A stretch of 62,323 nt of DNA, the filler included, from Asterionella formosa (taxonomy: Eukaryota): the NCBI GenBank assembly GCA_002256025.1. It is 10 parts of 10 records of this genome, joined end to end, with 100 filler letters (N's around TTAATTAATTAA, not from the genome) between each part and the next. Parts side by side here need not be neighbours in the genome. Positions count along the whole stretch, not along the records: positions 12,504 to 18,647 come from NKIB01012804.1; positions 18,748 to 24,890 come from NKIB01012805.1; positions 24,991 to 31,133 come from NKIB01012806.1; 7 more parts are not named here. The stretch is one strand, 5' to 3'. Below, piece by piece: positions 13,044-25,964 of the stretch (positions are counted from its first letter, which is position 1; each line of letters opens with the position of its first letter). Under the pieces are notes generated by a model that was not told the DNA's origin, ran no database searches, and saw nothing but the letters and a program-made list of their open reading frames with translations. A program made the position numbers and the translations under genes.

Positions 13044-16000
13044 ATGGTAAGGTTCGCAGTTCTCCTCTTTTCTTTGGGGAACTGCCGAGCGTCATTGTAT
13101 CAACCAAGTAAAGCCCCAACACCGCTAACAACAAAGAATGTCAAAGTGCCTTTTCTTGTTTCAATCTTGGATTTGGCCAACACTCTTTCTTCTGGAACTA
13201 CTTTCCCTCTTAGTGTCCCTGTAACCAATCCTCCATTTACATCGTCGGCGAGTACAACAATCTCCGCGACTTCTGCACCAATGACTAGTAATCCAAACGA
13301 GCGCCCATCAGACTCCTCGACTTCTGCACCGATGACTACCGGTCCTCGAGCAGATTTTATGTTTCCCACGAATGAGGACACTTCAACTACTCCTACTATT
13401 AGGTGGACGGTGGTCCCATCTACCGACCCCAGTTCCACACCTTCTCCTACTAAACTTAGTTTGGCCCCCTCCACTGATTCCAGCTTACTTCAGACAAATA
13501 AAATTTTGGACCCTACAGCTTCTCCCATTTCAGAATCAATATTAACATTGACCCCAACAAAAGAGCCAACATCATCTCCTACTGATCATCCGACGTTGGC
13601 ACCGACTACTGTGGCCACAGCTTCTCCTACTGATTATCCTATAATGACACCTACTGCTAAACCTACGGCTTCTCCTACTTTTAAGCCTACGCCGGCACCA
13701 TCTGTTGACCCCAGTTGTCCTCCTACCGATGCGCCATCTTTGGAGCCGACTGTGGATCCCACAGCTTCTCCAACTGTTGCACCCACATCGACCCCGACGA
13801 AAAAGCCAACATCATCTCCTACTGATCATCCGACGTTGGCACCGACAACTGAGCCCACAGCTTCCCCTACTCATCATCCCACGATGAAACCGACTGCGGA
13901 GCCGACAGCCCCTCCTACTGATCATCCTACGTCGACCCCTACTGCCGACCCAACAGCTGCTCCTACTGATCATCCTACGTTGAACCCGACGGTCGATCCA
14001 ACAGCCTCTCCTACTGATCATCCGACGTTGGAACCTACTGCCCACCCAACAGCTTCACCGACTATGCATCCTACGTCGGCCCCTACTGCCGACCCAACAG
14101 CTGCTCCTACTGATTATCCATCGTCTAGCCCGACTGCTGACCCAACAGCATCTCCAACGGATTCTCCTACATTGAAACCGACTGCCAACCCCACTGCTTC
14201 ACCTACTATGCAACCTACATATATTCCCACTTTACGTCCTACAGCTTTTCCTACACCTGAACCTACGGTCTTGATACCAACAGCGCCTACAACGGCACCT
14301 ACAAACGCTGTAGTGTATGCTTTACAAGCCAATGTATCAATAATTATGGCCCTCGTGGGGGCTGAATTGGGTGATAGCTTCACGGAGACATTTCTCAATA
14401 CCAGTCAAGCATTTTTGAGAAATTGGTTGCGCCTCCAAGTGCCTCCGGTGTCGAACGTAAGAGTTACGGTGCTGAATCAATTGTTAACTCAGTCGACACT
14501 GCGTCGACGAATAGCGCAGGCCAATGACATCATAATAAGTATGATGGTAACTGGAGAAGCAGTAGTAGACAATTTGGATTTGACAACAATGTGCAACAAT
14601 ATTTTTGACTACAAGGGATATATCCTTGTTGAGCGGCTTCAGGCTACTAACAACACCTCCTTTAGTCAAGTGATCACACTGAAGTCGTTAACAAGGACAG
14701 CAGACCCGTCAGCTTCTCCTAGCGCTTCACCTTCTGTTGAACCGACAGTTAAGCCCACTTCAGCTTCTCCTACTCCTGATCCTACATTGGCCCCTTCTAA
14801 TAAACCCACTGCTTCTCCTACTCCTGATCCAACCATGACCCCAACTACAGAACCCACAGCACCTCCAACTGATTATCCTACAAAACCCCCGACTATAGTC
14901 CCCACCGCTTCATCTACTGAGCATCCGTCATTGGAACCTACGTTAGAACCAACTGCGGAACCTACAGCTTCTCCTACACAGTATCCTACGTTGGAACCGA
15001 CCACGGAACTCACAAATCTTCCTACTGAGAATCCTACATTGGAACCTACGTTGCAACCAACTGCGGACCCCACAGCTTCTCCTTCTGAACATCCTACATT
15101 GGAACCGACTGAAGGCCCTACAACTGCACATACTGATTATCCTACATTGACCCCATCTGTGGTCCCTACAACTGCTCCTATTGATTATCCTACATTCACC
15201 CCATCTGTGGGCCCTACAACTGCTCCTATTGATTATCCTACATTCACCCCATCTGCGTTTACTGTTGAACCTGCATTGACCAAAGTGTATTCTTTACAAG
15301 GCAATGTATCTGTCACTATGGCCCATGTGGTGGATGAAATGGATGTCAGCTCTATGGAGACATTTCGAAATACCACGGAAGCTTTTTTGGGCAACTGGTT
15401 ACGCCTCCAAGTACCTCCTGTCTCACACGTGAAAGTTTCAGTGTTGAATCAATCATTATCAAAGTCGACACTTCGACGACGACTAGCTCAGGGTACTGAT
15501 ATTATAATAAGTATGCTTGTAAGGGGAGATGCAAAAGTGGGGGATTTGGATTTAGTAGCAATGTGCAATACCATCTTTGATGACAATGGGACTGTCCTTG
15601 TCGTAAGGCTTCAGGCGACCAAAGACACTGCATTTAGTCAAGTGGTGACTGTCAAGTCAACAAACTATACATTGCGTGAAGACGGGGGATCGAAAAATTC
15701 ACCTGTGGAAGGTGGATCTGCAGGCACTGGCAGATCGAACTCCCAAGCCAACTTGAGCATCTACATCTGGATCGCAATATCTGTGGGCGGTGCTTTCGTT
15801 TTGGTTGCCTCTTTTGGTACCATGCGATTCATCTACAAAAAGCGTAATGAGGAACAGGAGTATGATGGAGAAGACGATGACGACGAAGAAGAAGAACAGA
15901 TGAACATTTGGCAATCCTCTGTGGTTCCAATGGTACTTACACCAAATGTTGATTTTGAGAGTAACACTTCAGTAGTCGAAAAGGTGAAACCAATTCGTCT

Positions 16001-16136
16001 GAGGAGTCGTCGGGCGATGGAGCCATTGTTTGAAGATGAAACCCTCGCTTCCGGAATAACGAATGGGGCAGATACAAACTGTGGATGCAAGATGTTGGGA
16101 TGTACATGTGGATTAAAGCTTGCCGAATCAATGTAA
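13044..16136 (+). CDS. Mucin-like type I membrane protein: signal peptide, two Pro/Thr (xPT) repeat tracts, two copies of a ~125-aa globular domain, TM helix, acidic tail
   Basis: 1030-aa ORF; N-terminal MVRFAVLLFSLGNCRA; PTASPTDHPT repeats; TM IYIWIAISVGGAFVLVASFG followed by KKR. Confidence 0.9.
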   Translation: MVRFAVLLFSLGNCRASLYQPSKAPTPLTTKNVKVPFLVSILDLANTLSSGTTFPLSVPVTNPPFTSSASTTISATSAPMTSNPNERPSDSSTSAPMTTGPRADFMFPTNEDTSTTPTIRWTVVPSTDPSSTPSPTKLSLAPSTDSSLLQTNKILDPTASPISESILTLTPTKEPTSSPTDHPTLAPTTVATASPTDYPIMTPTAKPTASPTFKPTPAPSVDPSCPPTDAPSLEPTVDPTASPTVAPTSTPTKKPTSSPTDHPTLAPTTEPTASPTHHPTMKPTAEPTAPPTDHPTSTPTADPTAAPTDHPTLNPTVDPTASPTDHPTLEPTAHPTASPTMHPTSAPTADPTAAPTDYPSSSPTADPTASPTDSPTLKPTANPTASPTMQPTYIPTLRPTAFPTPEPTVLIPTAPTTAPTNAVVYALQANVSIIMALVGAELGDSFTETFLNTSQAFLRNWLRLQVPPVSNVRVTVLNQLLTQSTLRRRIAQANDIIISMMVTGEAVVDNLDLTTMCNNIFDYKGYILVERLQATNNTSFSQVITLKSLTRTADPSASPSASPSVEPTVKPTSASPTPDPTLAPSNKPTASPTPDPTMTPTTEPTAPPTDYPTKPPTIVPTASSTEHPSLEPTLEPTAEPTASPTQYPTLEPTTELTNLPTENPTLEPTLQPTADPTASPSEHPTLEPTEGPTTAHTDYPTLTPSVVPTTAPIDYPTFTPSVGPTTAPIDYPTFTPSAFTVEPALTKVYSLQGNVSVTMAHVVDEMDVSSMETFRNTTEAFLGNWLRLQVPPVSHVKVSVLNQSLSKSTLRRRLAQGTDIIISMLVRGDAKVGDLDLVAMCNTIFDDNGTVLVVRLQATKDTAFSQVVTVKSTNYTLREDGGSKNSPVEGGSAGTGRSNSQANLSIYIWIAISVGGAFVLVASFGTMRFIYKKRNEEQEYDGEDDDDEEEEQMNIWQSSVVPMVLTPNVDFESNTSVVEKVKPIRLRSRRAMEPLFEDETLASGITNGADTNCGCKMLGCTCGLKLAESM

Positions 16137-16199
16137 ATTGTTATTTTCGCTGTTTGATGAGGCTTTGGTTTGTCTTTGTCGAACGGGCTTCTTCATTCA

Positions 16200-16511
16200 G
16201 CTCTGACCAAAGATACTTCCTTTAGATAGATAAGTGGTGACTGTCCAGTCAAGAAACTATAACCAGTTGAAGACGGAACAAAAGTGGAAGGTGGAACTGA
16301 GCAGCAGGCAATGGCAGATCGAACTCCCACGCCACCTTGAGCATCTCTATATCTGGATTGCAATTTCTGTGAGTGATATTGCCGTTTTTGTTGCCCCTCT
16401 GGTATCACGCGTTTCATCTATGAAGACAAAATGAAGAACAAGAAGGAGAGCAAAACACAGGCACTCCCTCCCATTGGTCCCTAACCGTACTGATACCAAA
16501 TGTTGATTTTG
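16200..16511 (+). pseudogene. Degenerate duplicate of the 3' part (~15615-15957) of the upstream membrane-protein gene
   Basis: Shared gtggtgactgtc.agtcaa.aaactata, ggcagatcgaactccca, atctggat.gcaat.tctgtg, accaaatgttgattttg, with frameshifts. Confidence 0.8.
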
Positions 16512-18084
16512 TGGGTGGGCGCGCTTTCAAACTATAATACCGGTATGTAGTATTGCATGATGCGTGTGTATCATGACATAAATTCTTGCTTGTCCACTAA
16601 ACTAGCGGTAATTAGTTGAACATAGTAGCGCACTCCAGTTCTAGTTGTACATGTACATGGGTATGTATTCGTGAAAACCAGGGTCAACAGTTTGAGTCGT
16701 CAGCAAGAACTGAAAGAAAAGAAAAAAAAGAGAGTCACTATGAAAATTCCTGTAGGATAGGGTGTGTTGTGCATGCAAACTAGGATGATGTGGTTGTATG
16801 TCAAGCATCAACAGGAGGGGAACGGTGTCAGAATGTGTCTGTTATGCTGTTGATGTTGACAGGTGTCTGAAGACTAGTATGTAGTCTCATGAATATCTGA
16901 ATGGAAATAGACAGTGTTAATATAGCAGATTAATAATATGCAACAAGTGGTGTGAGTAAGATCTGGACCAGTCATTCCAGGGCAGAACTGGAGCATGGTA
17001 GGATGAAGCCCCACTAATTTTAACTTGGATGCACATGTGTGTAGAGCAGCTCAATGCCAACTGCATGTACATATTATTGACAAAAAGCAAAACCAATTTC
17101 AGCTTCAAGTATTAATGCATCACTGTGCATTTCTATTGGTTTAAAATATGGCTCATGCTGCTGGCAGCATAATGCCTACCAGCAGTGCACTGGTAGGAAT
17201 TTAAAAGGTGTACACAAGTTTGCCTTATGTCTGTGTACTGTACTTGACAGTCATACAGAATTAAATACCAGTCCCTGATGGTTGCAACAATGATATAAAT
17301 ACACAAAGAGCATTTAGGGGATTAGCATACAAATCTCAAGTCTGAAGAACAAAACATCGTGATGACACTGCCCCAGTGTCTATTATTCATCAAGTGAATT
17401 TAAAATACATTTAAACTAGCCTTAAATTGCACTTGTGCCTCGAAGTTCCTTGGTGAGGCTGTAGACTTCTCAGGTTTCAAGGGCCGGCAATCATCAATTC
17501 CATTTGAAGGCTTATTGTCTTGAAATGGACTAATTGCTTGCTGAGGCCTAGCTTTTAACATTGACATTGGAAAGAAACAGACCAAGGGTTGAGTCAAGTC
17601 TTTATTAGCAAATCCATTCCATAAAGTTTGAGAAGGGCATCGCACAATTCTGTTTAGTCTTCTTTGCATCTAACAAAGGTTGTTGTATATATTGATTCTT
17701 TACATTTAAGAGACTAGTGTATTTTGGGCCAGCTTGTCTGGACTGATAATTCTTTCCTGCAAGTTAATTTCCATTTTGGATGTGATGTGTTCTGCCAGTA
17801 TAAGTCGATTTTCATTTGCCATTGTTTCATATAAAGCGCCTGCTATGACCAGTGAAGATGAACCGAAAGGTGCAAGTATCAGCTTCAAGACCAGATGTGT
17901 GTTGGCTAACTTATTCATATTCTCATTAGCGAGAAAGAAAAGTGATTCCAGATTCTCAATACTGAGTATGCTGTGAAAGGCGGCCATTGTCATTACACCC
18001 TTGTTAATGTACCTTCAGATCAGTTTAGCTTCCACTGCTACCGGAATGCACTCATTTTTTCCTTGTGATTGTTGGTGGCTAATT

Positions 18085-18466
18085 TTCTTCAAACCCTGCC
18101 AATCTTGAGCTAATGATGTCCAAAACACAGACATTGTTCGAGTAAAATATAAATGTACATCGCTCAATGGAGCTTTCACTAATATACACCCTTTCCATAT
18201 GCTTAGATACAGTCATTTAACCAAAACAAGGGGTATGGGTCAACGTTATATATTGTCATGATATAGGAACTGGCGAGAAGCTGCAGAAAGGAACTTCGGT
18301 TTTTATACTATGCTGAAAATAGTGGATTTTACTGCGCCAACTTAAAACCGAAGCTCCTTTCTGCCCTTTGTCTCACCAGAAGTTATATTCTGGGGCTATA
18401 TGAAGATTAGCTATGTACTTAACACTTCTTCAAACACTGCCAATCTTGAGCTAATGTTGTCCAAAA
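18085..18466. repeat. 41-bp direct repeats (18085-18125, 18426-18466) enclosing a 21-bp inverted repeat (18283-18303 / 18344-18364)
   Basis: Direct repeat has 2 mismatches; inverted repeat gcagaaaggaacttcggtttt vs aaaaccgaagctcctttctgc (20/21). Confidence 0.85.
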
Positions 18467-18947
18467 ATTCGACAATATCGGCCTTTTCAACGTTCTCCAA
18501 AATGTCGGAATCAGAATCAGTAATCACGGAAACATCGTCAATGGAATAGGAGTCTAAAGAGTCAATTTTTTGTAATAAAATCGCGTGTACAAAAAATCCA
18601 TTTTAGAACATTTAATGGACAGAGTGCGCTGCTTCTCCTTTCATGATNNNNNNNNNNNNNNNNNNNNNNNNNNNNNNNNNNNNNNNNNNNNTTAATTAAT
18701 TAANNNNNNNNNNNNNNNNNNNNNNNNNNNNNNNNNNNNNNNNNNNNCCAAATCAATGTGCTTCACCTACATATTCAAACACAAAAATTATCATCGAATA
18801 TAGAAACATTGCTGCAACTGGATTGTTAACTTAGGAGCTGTCTCGTTCGTATAATTTGTCACTGACGCAGAGTGCTGTAACTATCTGTAGAAAAAATCCA
18901 TGACCCAACTTTATCGTATTCATACGTTATACACTTTCTAGCCAAGT

Positions 18948-21900
18948 ATGAAGGCGAAACTAGAAAGGACTACTATAGTACTACAGCGACAATCTCGAAA
19001 ATCGTCGTACATAAGCTACGGAGACTTCCGGGTCCCGACAGTTAAAAAAAAGACCAAAACCCGCTCTCCCCATGACGAAAGCGGAGACGAAGCTGCAGAA
19101 ACAAAGCAGCGGCAACAGGAAGATCACAGTTGAGATACTCGAGAGGCAGCAGGGCTCAAAGGGGCAGAAGACAGCATCAAAGGAGGACAAGGAGGCATCT
19201 AATGCCGAATCAGTGGATAGAACTTCAAACAAAAGCAGCAGAGGAGAAAATGGAAGAAACGATGGTGCCACTTAAGCGCTAGAATCGACGACAGTACAAG
19301 AGTTCATCAACAACCCTGGGAGCACCAGAGAGAACAGCAGTGACAGTGGCCAAAGGTAGTGATAGTAGTGTAGGGGAGACAGGACAAACACAGCTGCCTT
19401 ATAAACATGATGATGAAACTCACCAAGAAATCAGAGCCATGGAAATTGATAAAGAATTGGAAGCAGCTGCTGCAACCTACATCAAACAATCAGATCAAGC
19501 AGAGTCTCACATGGAAAACATGGAACTAGAGGATTATCCACCACTTCCAAACCTTTCATTGGGCAAACCTCCGCTAAAAATGACAGCATCAGAACAAGGG
19601 AATACCACTGACAATCATCTCCATAATTTCAAGTCAGTACACCGGGAAAAGGAAATAGTTGGGATTCCATTCCAGGCGTGGAAATGCTAGTTCAGAGGAA
19701 TAATTCCACGACACTCCAACTTAAAGGTGCAAACGGAAAATTTCATGGAAAAGTTAGGCACTTTACTAAAGCTGATGGTAAAAGAAGACAGCTCTTTCAG
19801 TTTACTCTCCCTTGATATGGGAACCAAGGCAACACCACCAGCAGAAGTCATTTGTCTCTCACATACTGATCAACAAAAGTTCATCAAGATAGCGGAGGGA
19901 GCAAAGCGAACATATATAGATGCATACCTTCATGTAAAATCGACATTTTCCTACCAAAAGCTTAAGAGAAAGCTACTGCAACACTTGCAAGAGCAAAGAA
20001 TCATGTACATTGATGAATACACAATGCAGAGCTTGGATGAAGTCCAGGTTGGCTGGTTATTTGGTAAAAGCAGCTTTGCGGTATCAGCAGAAGGCACCAA
20101 GAAGTGGCTGGAAACTCTCCTTGGACAGACACTAGCTGATGCATTGGACTTTCAGGTTCGAAGCCAGGGAATGAAGATTTCCCAGTATGGGATTGAAACA
20201 AAAACCTTTGCATATGTGATAAGTGCTAGTAGGGAAACCTCCCAAGATACTTATCAGGCTATGACAAAAATACTTCCAATACAATCTGACTACACGGTGG
20301 GTTTTGTTGGGTACCAAGCGCAAAATTTTGCGGCAACTCAGGACATTGAAGGAGTAAATCAGTACTACATTAAACAAAAATGGTTAACAACCACGCTAAG
20401 GACTAAATTGATGGCAGATTTCCAGGACATTGATAGCTCATTAATTCTTCAGGGCGAAACAACAACATTCCGCCAATTCATGATGAGAGCTGTTGACTCA
20501 ACAGGAAACTGTCTTGTGTGTATCGATTGGAAAACGGCCAAAAGCCGACTTGGACAGCAGTCAGTTTGACACAGATATGGACAACATAATCAATCAAATT
20601 AATGCAGTGGACAGAGGCAAGTCGAGGCATTCAAAGGCTCAGAGCGCCCGCCAATCAGTAATTGATCGAGAGCTCAGGACAGAAAATAAAGGTATCAAGA
20701 CCCAAGGATATACAAGATCCCAGCAGGCAAACAGCAATCCAGAGTCAAAAACCCTCCAGAAACAGATGCAGATGCGTACAAAAGCAGACAAAACATCTCA
20801 ATCATTGAAATGATAGAGTCAACCAGCACAGACCTCTGGGCATCATCTGCTTCAGAGAACGAGCAAAGAAAAACAAATGCAACATTAATGGCACATCAAA
20901 AACACAGACAGGAGTCCTCAATGGCACCACTAGCCAATTCAAAAAAAAATGTCATCATGGCAAATCTCATCCACACTAAGAATAAAGGTAGACACCACCA
21001 AAAAACAACAGGAGCACATTGCGGCGCTTGAAACAGACAGAGACAAAAGGAACAGCAGAGTACAACATAAAATAACAGCAACCACAAGAACAGCAGACAT
21101 CGAGTCTCAAACAACATGGGGAGACAAGCCCAAACAAATTGATGACGCCATACTTTCAAAACATAAACAGATTACATATACAGAGGACAGCGTCGGATCT
21201 TACATTCAATTTGGAGGCCATGAAAGCATTGGATGTTAGCTTATTTGGATGGGCGGAAACAAATACAAACTAGAACAAACCAGATATGCAAAGAGAGTTC
21301 AGAGATAGTAGTGCCGCAGCAAGAGTCTTCAACACAGGTAAATCTGCATTCTCCTCAAGTGATATTCCCTCAGAATCAAAGTACAAACCAGGAGGAAAAC
21401 CATCCATCACAGTGACAGGCAAATGGTGTGGGAGGGCAGAGAAAGCAGCTGGCCAGGATCCATTGGGGATGGGCAGATTGAGCTATATGATATTAAAGGG
21501 CAAACTAGGCACAGAGCTAGTTACAATCACAGCCTTTAGAGTATCTCAGGTCTCCATGCCTAAACACAGGGATGGTACTACCTGCCTACCACCAAGAGCA
21601 CATGATCATGTCAAAGAATAGTAAAGAAAATCCGAATCCAAGGAAACAATTCATAATAGATATTATACTAGTATTCATCCAAAGTCATCAAGAAATGGGA
21701 AGGGAAATGCTTCCGATGCTAGATGCAAATGAAGAAATGGGCTCAGCATCCAAAGGTATCACTTCAATAGCACATGAATGTTCTTTATGCGATCTTCTAG
21801 CCACGATCCATCCAGACAAACCACAGCCAGTCACATTCAACAGAGGCTCCAAGACCATAGACTACATTCTGGGAAGCAAACAGTGCGCAGATGCAGTTGT

Positions 21901-24890
21901 ACAAGCCGGAGTGCTTCCTTTCTATCACAGGAGGATTCAGGCGGATCATCGAGCTCTATACGTGGACTTTGATACAACAGTACTTTTGGGGGGAAATCAA
22001 TTGGAGGTAGCAGCAGCAAAAAATAGAATGTTTCTGTCAATGCAGCACTCTACAGACTGCCAAAAGTATCTGCAAGCAGTAAAAGCCTACTGGAGAAATC
22101 ACAACATACATGAGAGAGTAGGGAAACTACATGAAGAAATGCAGAGCATTGGAGGAGCAGCAGTCAAGATAGAATGGGAAAGAATAGACATCGACATAGG
22201 GAGGGCGATGAAGATGGGGGAGAAGGCGTTGAAAAGGACAACCGGAAAATATGCCTGGTCTATAGCACTCAGAAAGGCATTATATGCAAGAAAATACTGG
22301 AAGAAGAGACTCAAGCTATGTTAATATGGGGTCAAGGAGAGTGACACTCTTACAACCATAAGGAAGATAGCAGGGATAAATCACAAGGGCATGGGAACAT
22401 GGGCAGATCTAATGCAACTACAGCTCTTATTCAAAACGAGCGAAGTTCATCTAAAGGATATACAACAGACATCAGTTGAGTACAGAACCTCGGAACTTCA
22501 GGAACAAATAAACAAACTCAAAGGAAGATCTTCTAGGGAAGCAAAACAAACCATCAGCAGATTAAAATCCACACTAAGATCAGAATAAAGGAAAGAGGGC
22601 TTTAGACGGTTGAATGGAGTTTTCAATCCAAGATAGGGAGGAGGAGCACTCTCCAAACTATTAATCCCGGTATGAGGGGAAACAGAGGATCATCAAATAA
22701 CATGGAAGACAGAATTCGAGGCAGAGGGCCTAGAAACTGCACTACTTGAACAATGCCACAGTCAACATAGGAGAGCATCGGAAACTCAGTTTGGCTATGG
22801 GCCTAGCTATACAGGAGCTACTAGGATTCGATGGCCTCACCAAGACTTTGGACCAGTTACTCAGGGGCACTATGATTGAGAACTATGATCAAGCGTGTTT
22901 TCCAGGAGTGAGAGCTTTTGTGGAGGCAATGATAATCCCCAAGGAGATAAGAAATTTAAGCAAAATGAACACTGTCATAACCAAGGAGGATTTCATTAAG
23001 GGAATCTCAGCATGGAAGGAAATGACATCAACCTCACCTAGTGGCAGAGACTTAGGGCACTACAAAGCTGCACTAAAAGACCAAGAACTAACGTTAGCAT
23101 GCTCACAAAGAGTTCTCCAAATGCTATTATCAAATGAATCATTGGCATTGGAACTCCTTAGGATACCCCAAAATGTCAACCCTAGCCTCTCCAGAAAATG
23201 AACCAAATACAGGAGTGTACGAAACTTCACCAGGACTATTTGAGGCTCTAGAAATAAGTTCGGGGCGAGAACCAACAAAGCAAATCATCACATATAGAGC
23301 GCCACATCTCAGCAACAAATCATTGGGAGTGTTGACAAGCCTGACAGGCAAATGGAACAATGAGGTGGCTAGACTACAATACAAAAGTAATGAACATGCA
23401 GGGAAATAACTCTCAAATTACAGGCGCACAGAACCATCTGGGCGGCACAGCTGACCTACTTACTTCCAATAACAGGATTGAACCAACTTCAATTAGAAAA
23501 AATCCAACAAAGGGCAAGACAGGCCAGTTTAGCAAGGACGGGATACAACCAAAATTTTCCCAACAAGGCATCAGTATATGGTCCAATAGCAAGGGGCGCG
23601 TTGAGCATGGTAGATCTCACGTCAGAACAGGGAATTAGAGCAGCAAAAGGATACCTGTACCACAAATACATTGACGATGAGGTCGCAAAACTGATGGACA
23701 TATCGCTCTGCACAGCGCAACTGGAATCAGGTTACGAGGAACAATTGCTACTCCATCCAAGAATCAAAGTAAAATACTTAACCAATTCCTGGATAAAAAA
23801 CCTACAGGACTTCTTGGGAAGTCACAAGATGCAAATTGAAATTAGCAACCCCTGGTCACCTCATACATCTTGCAAACACAACGCCATGATAATGCCAGAG
23901 ATGATAAAACATGGAGTAAGCCCCTACAAACAATTTCATATAAATGCTTGCAGAATGTATCTTCAAGTTTCTATGCTCTCCAACATAGCAACGGCAGACG
24001 GCACAGGTATAAGACCAGAAATAATGGAATGCCTCTGAATCAGCCATCATCGCAAAACGAGATGGATATGGCCAAATCAACCGGAGCCAACGGACCTGCA
24101 AAAACAAGACTGGAAAGCGGCGATGTCAAAAAAAATTCTAACACCAGGATAAAACAAAATGTTACAGCTCAAACAACGGCTAGGCAACGGGCACTCGGAA
24201 CCATCAATGGAATGGGGTCAACGTCTTCACTTGCCAACCAAAACTCTATGGATCTTCTCAAATGAAAAGAAGCTGTGGAAAATCTACAGCAACATCTCAA
24301 GACAACCAACCAGACTAAAATTTGACATGAAAACGACCGGACAGAGTACATCAGGGAGCCCACCACAGGACAGCAGACCATGTGATCTACTCGACACAGG
24401 CAGGGTACAGCACAGACAAAGTGATGAAAGGATGCCCCCATCAGAGCCTGTTACCTTTCCCATGCTATCACGCCAGACTTCTAAAACATCTCCATTTTGC
24501 ACCAATGGGATCCAACCGCCTCATAAGACATCTTCGCCTGGGCCTGCGCATCAATATAGCGAAAGATGGCTCTCTGTTCCTTTGGATGGTGCATGCGATT
24601 GACTTGGACTGGAGGAACGATTAGGGAAACTATAGCCCTCTGCTCAGGTCCAGTAGATGGAGACAAGAGAGCAAACAGCTCCACTAGAGCAGAGCTATTT
24701 GGGATTGCGTTGCTCGAGTCTCCTCTTCATATCATCCTTCATAGAATTCCACAAATTGGATACCTGGAGCGACAGTGCGGCCTCTTTGGCCAGACTTCAC
24801 TTTCTTTCCTGGCTGGTCGAGGCATCCAGGGAGACCACAGGCAAATGCGGATATAGTTTCCACTATAGCGGAACTCATTTAAACACTTCC
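18948..24890 (+). mobile_element. Decayed non-LTR retrotransposon (diatom Ambal-like layout): ORF1-like region, APE, internally deleted RT, RNase H
   Basis: APE: MLDANE, TFNRGSKTIDYILGS, ADHRALYVDF; TSTSPSGRDLGHYK; KSLGV; VYGPIARGAL; INACRMYLQV; RNase H: IAKDGS, SFGW, CSGPVDG, SSTRAELFG; many stops and frameshifts. Confidence 0.88.
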
Positions 24891-25384
24891 NNNNNNNNNN
24901 NNNNNNNNNNNNNNNNNNNNNNNNNNNNNNNNNNTTAATTAATTAANNNNNNNNNNNNNNNNNNNNNNNNNNNNNNNNNNNNNNNNNNNNGGTACGGGTG
25001 GTACCTGGTACTCAACTACCGGTAGGAGTGCCAGATGCCCTGGTAACTTAAGGTCCGATAGTGCACATTTTATGTGCGCCTTTTCAGTTTCGACTACCTC
25101 CAAATGATTTGTCCCATGCCTGCCAGATGAGATTGGCCAGCTTTTGATGGAAATAGTATTCCTTAAGTAATTTAGGAAAACATTACATGTATTGACCAAT
25201 GACAATTTGCAGAATCAGCCTCTCACCACAACTCGGATTTGCTGACTGATGACCTAGTTCAGCAAACCATCTTCAAGCTTTGGAATACACATAGGAATCA
25301 TCTCTTTCTATGTTTAGAACCTGCTGACAATGAATAGGATTGGTTGACAACGAATAGAATTTGCTGATGATGACTAGTATGATT

Positions 25385-25930
25385 AAGGCAAAGAAACAGA
25401 TTCACAAATTGAAAATGCTTGTGGACTCAGAATCAGAGCAAAAGGAAAGGGGGGACAGAAAGCAACCAGTGAGGTGGTATTCAGAATTGAAGGAGAAGAA
25501 GGAAAGTGAAGTGAAGTGAAAGCAATGACCAGTGCGACAACATTCAGAGTTGGAGTAGAAAGTGGCAGAACAAAGGAAGAAGAAGTGAAAGCAAACATTG
25601 AGAGGAAACAGGAACATTGTGTAACTATAGAAAAATGGAAATCATTTCTAATTATAGCAATTAAATTAAAACTGATTTTAACTTATTTTGATCAGTGATT
25701 TTGATTAGAATTACGATCATGGTAAGAAAGATATGCAACAAAAGTATTCACATATCATAGGATCATGTTTAGCTAAAATATGGTGCAATGACTATTCTGG
25801 AACAATCATTGGCCATAATTTAAAATAAAGATGTTGCAATAATCATGATGTTTGTTTGATGCATTGGAATCATTTTTGACAAGTTACAAAAACTAATGGA
25901 TCTGTGAGTAAGCATAGCTATTGATACATC

Positions 25931-25964
<34 letters not shown>

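Noticed and set aside
13100..15131. Antisense Gly/Val-rich ORFs
   Set aside because: Reverse-strand shadows of the PT repeats
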